Origin: an uncultured virus (IMG/VR IMGVR_UViG_3300037400_006954)
Lineage: Duplodnaviria > Heunggongvirae > Uroviricota > Caudoviricetes
Length of the DNA: 64,000 nt
IMG/VR virus record: IMGVR_UViG_3300037400_006954
Strand: one strand, 5' to 3'
Shown: one piece after another, positions 60,280 to 64,000 of the stretch
Position numbering within the stretch: position 1 is the stretch's first letter
How the letters are laid out: each line of letters starts with the position of its first letter
Position numbers and translations under genes: made by a program
Notes under the pieces: model-generated
Database searches by the model: none
What the model saw: only the letters and a program-made list of their open reading frames with translations
Told to the model about the DNA's origin: nothing

Positions 60280-61245
60280 TCACTTTACTTTTACTGCGTT
60301 GTCTATCTGTTCGTTTATGACGGCGGCCGATACGGCCTGTCCGTTGTCCTGTATGTTCTGCTTGTCTATGGCAAGCTGGCTTGTGATCCTGCTCTGGATC
60401 GCGGCTGTCTCCTCCGCAAGCTCGTCGACGTCGTGTGCAACCGATATCATGTGCGGAGAAGTGTGGTATAGTACGGCCATCAAGGCCCTTGTAGTGTCGT
60501 TTCCATCGTCTGAAGTTATCCTCTGCTCCCTTAGCATCTTGAACTGAGACGTATAGGCGGACAATATGTCGCCTAGGCTCTTGTGACCAACTCTGTCGGC
60601 GAATACAGATACGAACAGCCTTGACTGAGCGGCCCTCCAGGTTTCGTCCAGCAGGAACTCCAGCCCCTTCGTGGACAGCCCGTGCGCATCCTTCCACATC
60701 CATACGTGCATGAGGACGTCGTATCCCATCAACGCCGCTATGGCCTTCCATATCTCGGGAGAGTCGGCGTCGTGCAGGTCGTCTCCGTTGGGCATGGCGA
60801 AAGCCTGCCTGAGCTGGCACGACTTGGACAGCCGACCCTCTTCGTCCCGTATGTTGAAGAACAGCTTTTCGTAGAACGTGAAGACCTCAACGGGGACGGT
60901 ACCTCCGGAGAGGTCCAGCATTATTGTGTCCATCGTGGCCCCGGTGAGGAGCAGCGGCTCTAGCCTGAACCTGACTCCTGCGGGGGAGGGGTTCTCGTAC
61001 CACATCAGGGCGACCCTCATCCGCGACTGCTCCTCGGTAAGGGGCTTTCCGGCAGATTCCGCCCTGAGGTACTTCAGGTACTTCTGTACGTATTTGTCGC
61101 TGAAATACGGCTTGTACATGGGATCTATGGACGAAGCCTTTGGGCGAAGCTCTATTATCGCCCTTGCCAGTGAATTACGCCACGATGGCTCGAAAGCGCA
61201 CGGGTCGTCTACCGGCAGAACTATCGTCAGATTCCCTATTTGCAT
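60280..61245 (-). CDS. Hypothetical protein
   Basis: 321 aa ORF with typical codon usage. Confidence 0.65.
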   Translation of the reverse strand: MQIGNLTIVLPVDDPCAFEPSWRNSLARAIIELRPKASSIDPMYKPYFSDKYVQKYLKYLRAESAGKPLTEEQSRMRVALMWYENPSPAGVRFRLEPLLLTGATMDTIMLDLSGGTVPVEVFTFYEKLFFNIRDEEGRLSKSCQLRQAFAMPNGDDLHDADSPEIWKAIAALMGYDVLMHVWMWKDAHGLSTKGLEFLLDETWRAAQSRLFVSVFADRVGHKSLGDILSAYTSQFKMLREQRITSDDGNDTTRALMAVLYHTSPHMISVAHDVDELAEETAAIQSRITSQLAIDKQNIQDNGQAVSAAVINEQIDNAVKVK

Positions 61246-61247
61246 GT

Positions 61248-61478
61248 CTAGACCTTGGAATCGTCTATCTCCAGACGCCGCCTGTGCTCTTCCCAGTCAG
61301 GATCGGCGTCTGTAACGAAACCCCAGGTAGGGCCGGACAGCCTGAAGAACATGGCTATCAGCTTACCGTCGGTTCCGCGGATCTGTATAAGCCTCGCGTC
61401 CTTGGTCTTGAGCAGGGGAGCGGACACTCCATTGCCATAGACCGACACGATGTTCGCCAGGCTGTTCTCGTCGTCCAT
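61248..61478 (-). CDS. Hypothetical protein
   Basis: 76 aa; TAATG-coupled to the upstream gene. Confidence 0.55.
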   Translation of the reverse strand: MDDENSLANIVSVYGNGVSAPLLKTKDARLIQIRGTDGKLIAMFFRLSGPTWGFVTDADPDWEEHRRRLEIDDSKV

Positions 61479-62371
61479 TACCTAAACGCCTCCTTGAACA
61501 CCCCACCGTACTTGGTGACAGTAGGATGCTGCGTGGAATGTATCAGCGTGACGTCCTTGGATACCTTCGACCACAGGTCGTCATAGGATATTCCGGAGCG
61601 CCATCTTGACATTATGGAGTTGGTCATCACGCCTCCGGCCCTGCTCCCGTAGGAGTACTCTTCCTCGGTGCAGCCGCTCCAGCACAGCATCCTTATTGCG
61701 TTGCCAGCCGGCGATTTATGGCCATAGTCCGAACAGTCGTCGTCAAGCCCAAGTGCAACTGCTACGGGCTTGAAGTTGAAGCCGGAAGACTTCACTATGT
61801 GGTCCTCAAGCGGAACGGCAAGTCCCTTTGCCAGGAGGCCGTCGGACACCACCGACCTGAACATGGTCTGCGAATGGCAGCAGTCGAACACAAGGAACAC
61901 CCTGCCCCTGCATTTGGTTATCATGCTCCACAGGTCGTCGTCCAGCAGGTATGTGTCGTAGAGGCACAGGTACTCGTCCGCGTCATCCGCCCCCTCGGGC
62001 TCAGAGGTGGAGTCCGTGTTCAGGAACTCCCTGCCTCCGTGGCCTGAATAGTAGAAGATGAACAGCCCGGACTCGGGCGTGTTCGAGATCGCCTTCTCCA
62101 GCGCAGACACAACCGCCGCCTTGGTGGCCGTCTCCGACTGCAGCAGGACGCCGCTGTAGCCAAAAGTCCTGCCGAGCAGCTTGTGCATCCTGTCTGAATC
62201 GTACCTGCATCCGGGACAGCTTCCGAACCTCTGCGACGTCTCCATTCCTACGCATACGTATGATACGGACGACGTCTTGGCCGAGTCGACTGAAGAGCCA
62301 TGGTCTGTAGAGTCTGTGCACCCGGCTAGGGATGCACAGACCGCGACCGACAATATAGCCAGAAACCTCAT
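61478..62371 (-). CDS. Lipoprotein metacaspase (peptidase C14)
   Basis: 297 aa; lipobox LAGC; FYYSGHG and VFDCCHS His-Cys dyad; DEYLCLYD; GGVMT. Confidence 0.85.
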   Translation of the reverse strand: MRFLAILSVAVCASLAGCTDSTDHGSSVDSAKTSSVSYVCVGMETSQRFGSCPGCRYDSDRMHKLLGRTFGYSGVLLQSETATKAAVVSALEKAISNTPESGLFIFYYSGHGGREFLNTDSTSEPEGADDADEYLCLYDTYLLDDDLWSMITKCRGRVFLVFDCCHSQTMFRSVVSDGLLAKGLAVPLEDHIVKSSGFNFKPVAVALGLDDDCSDYGHKSPAGNAIRMLCWSGCTEEEYSYGSRAGGVMTNSIMSRWRSGISYDDLWSKVSKDVTLIHSTQHPTVTKYGGVFKEAFR

Positions 62372-62372
62372 G

Positions 62373-62717
62373 TCAGCCCTCCGTTATTACGGTGTCTCCG
62401 ACCTTCACGCTGTTGCCCGTTACAAGCTCAGGGGGGTCTGGCGTGACTATGGGGTTCGGGGTCTCGTCGTTGACGCTTACCTTTTCCCCGTCCGGGTCGC
62501 TGAGCCTGCCGCCTATGAGCGCGGCTCTCATCGTAAGCACCCTTGCGTACGACTCCAGCATATGGTGCTGTGTGACGGCCAGCGTGGCCTCCAGATCGGA
62601 AAGCTCCCTGAAGTCCTGGCTCCCGATGAACACCCTTAGCCTGGTAGAGACTTCGGTAAGGTCGGAGAGCTGCTTCTCGATGGCGTCGTACTGCGCCTTT
62701 AGATTCTCTTTTGTCAT
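62373..62717 (-). CDS. Small helical phage protein
   Basis: 114 aa; RLRVFI...Q...MLESYARVLTMR pattern seen in small phage coiled-coil proteins. Confidence 0.55.
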   Translation of the reverse strand: MTKENLKAQYDAIEKQLSDLTEVSTRLRVFIGSQDFRELSDLEATLAVTQHHMLESYARVLTMRAALIGGRLSDPDGEKVSVNDETPNPIVTPDPPELVTGNSVKVGDTVITEG

Positions 62718-62727
62718 GTCGTCCTCC

Positions 62728-63159
62728 TCAGCACTTTGCCGTGCACTCCTTCTTGCACTTGCACTTCCCCTTGCACTTGCACTTCCCGTCGCAGGGGACC
62801 TCCTTTACGACGAGCTTTCCGCCTCCGGCAAACTCGAAGAACGGAATGAAGTCCGTGTTCAGGAACTCGCCGGACTCGGTGCGGATCCTGACGGCCTCGA
62901 ACTTGGTCTTCATGCACAGCGCGCTGTAGTATGTCCCCAGGGCACTGGCCATCACCTTGTACAGGTGCCTGTCGATAGGCGCCATCTTCTCGAACTTCTT
63001 GGAGGTCGCGACCTTCACAAGCGAATTGAACTTCCTGCGGGTGGCCTCCACCTCGGCCAGAAGGTTCCTCACCCTGGCCATCTGCCGCAGGTCTTCCCTG
63101 CTCCTGCGGATACCGCCGCAGCTCTTGGCCTGCTTGTCTTTCTTGCATCCTGGTTTCAT
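62728..63159 (-). CDS. Hypothetical protein with Lys/Cys-rich tail
   Basis: Start revised to 63159 (AAGGAG RBS); C-terminus CDGKCKCKGKCKCKKECTAKC. Confidence 0.55.
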   Translation of the reverse strand: MKPGCKKDKQAKSCGGIRRSREDLRQMARVRNLLAEVEATRRKFNSLVKVATSKKFEKMAPIDRHLYKVMASALGTYYSALCMKTKFEAVRIRTESGEFLNTDFIPFFEFAGGGKLVVKEVPCDGKCKCKGKCKCKKECTAKC

Positions 63160-63206
63160 CGTTTTTTTCTCCTTGTCTGCCTTTTGTAGACATCCCTTAT
63201 TGTACA

Positions 63207-63539
63207 TTATACCTCAAAGTCCGGTTCGCAGCAATCCGCAAGGCTCTTGTCGAAGTAGCCTCCGTTCTCCGCAGTCACCCTGCACTTCCTATCCTGGCTG
63301 CCCGTGGTGCTGGTAGTGCAGTCAGCTACGGCCTTCCTGTGGCAGACAGGAGCCTCAACACCCCAGCCAGTGTGCCCCTCGTTGAACGCGATCCTGATTT
63401 CGGAGATAGCGTCCCTGACCTCCGGCATGAACTCCACGATCCTGAATACGTTCTTCAGGGTGTTGACCATCTCGGACTCCAGGCAGGTGTCTAGTACCGG
63501 TATCTCCCTGCCGTCCGAGCTCTTTACGTATGCCTTCAT
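63207..63539 (-). CDS. Hypothetical protein
   Basis: 110 aa; AAGGA RBS. Confidence 0.55.
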   Translation of the reverse strand: MKAYVKSSDGREIPVLDTCLESEMVNTLKNVFRIVEFMPEVRDAISEIRIAFNEGHTGWGVEAPVCHRKAVADCTTSTTGSQDRKCRVTAENGGYFDKSLADCCEPDFEV

Positions 63540-63572
63540 TTTGTGTTCCTTGTTGTTTGTTTTTGTATATAG

Positions 63573-64000
63573 TCAGTCTTCAGATTGTCCAGAAAAATAG
63601 CCGAAGTCCCTGTCGCTCATCCTGGAATACCCTCCGGAATAGTGGTCTACGGCGTCTTGTCCGTCCTGCATGTCGTCATCGTCTCTTTCTCCGTCGTTGC
63701 CGTATTCGGCGGCTATTATCTCGTCGGCCAGCTTGTCCATCCTGGAGCGCCGCGGCTTGCGTGGCTTCCTGGGTTTTTTCGGCACGGCCGGCTTGTCCTT
63801 CTTCTCGGGCTCCTCCTTTACCTCCATGTCCGGAAAGAGCATCATCTGCTCCGCCACTACGGGCTTCTTGGCCTTGGACTTGCGATACCTGGTCCTGTGC
63901 CTTTTCTCTATCGGATTTGACAGCCTGTATATCAATTCAACCAATGAGTCCAGCTTCAGCGTCAGGTATTCCTTGAAGGGGCCCTCCGCGGCGTTGTCCC
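63573..64000 (-). CDS. Hypothetical protein (partial, starts beyond the window)
   Basis: Frame stays open to the window end (DNAAEGPFKEYLTLKLDSLVELIYRL...); basic then acidic tail. Confidence 0.55.
   Translation of the reverse strand, partial: DNAAEGPFKEYLTLKLDSLVELIYRLSNPIEKRHRTRYRKSKAKKPVVAEQMMLFPDMEVKEEPEKKDKPAVPKKPRKPRKPRRSRMDKLADEIIAAEYGNDGERDDDDMQDGQDAVDHYSGGYSRMSDRDFGYFSGQSED

Noticed and set aside
1..64000. Stop-codon reassignment as seen in some gut jumbo phages
   Set aside because: Conserved enzymes are full length in the standard code, and TAA, TAG and TGA all terminate genes

Overview
This window is part of a large, GC-rich tailed-phage genome, probably a jumbo phage of an anaerobic host. 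Essentially every credible gene is on the minus strand, so transcription runs from high to low coordinates, and the long plus-strand ORFs are antisense shadows. In transcription order the window holds: (1) metabolic and accessory genes at 64-49 kb, including a lipoprotein metacaspase, class III ribonucleotide reductase nrdD/nrdG and a complete pncB / nadD-Nudix / nadE / pncA NAD+ salvage cluster; (2) small early-type genes at 49-39.7 kb, separated by repeated promoter and terminator cassettes; (3) a virion block at 39.6-0 kb with terminase large subunit, glycosylation enzymes, a LysM-muramidase, a single-polypeptide beta/beta-prime RNA polymerase, an intein-containing prohead protease, scaffold, major capsid protein and neck proteins. 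Two candidate new systems stand out. The first is a four-enzyme deamidating NAD+ regeneration pathway, distinct from the described NARP1/NARP2, that could recycle both products of NAD-destroying immune effectors. The second is a capsid cargo-loading scheme: about ten otherwise diverse proteins carry a leader that copies the scaffold C-terminal motif (Y-x-x-G-F...G-V-D-P) followed by a K-x-A putative maturation site, and several cargo domains look exchanged (ART-like, glycosyltransferase, muramidase). All functional calls come from motifs read by eye and from gene order; no database search was run.
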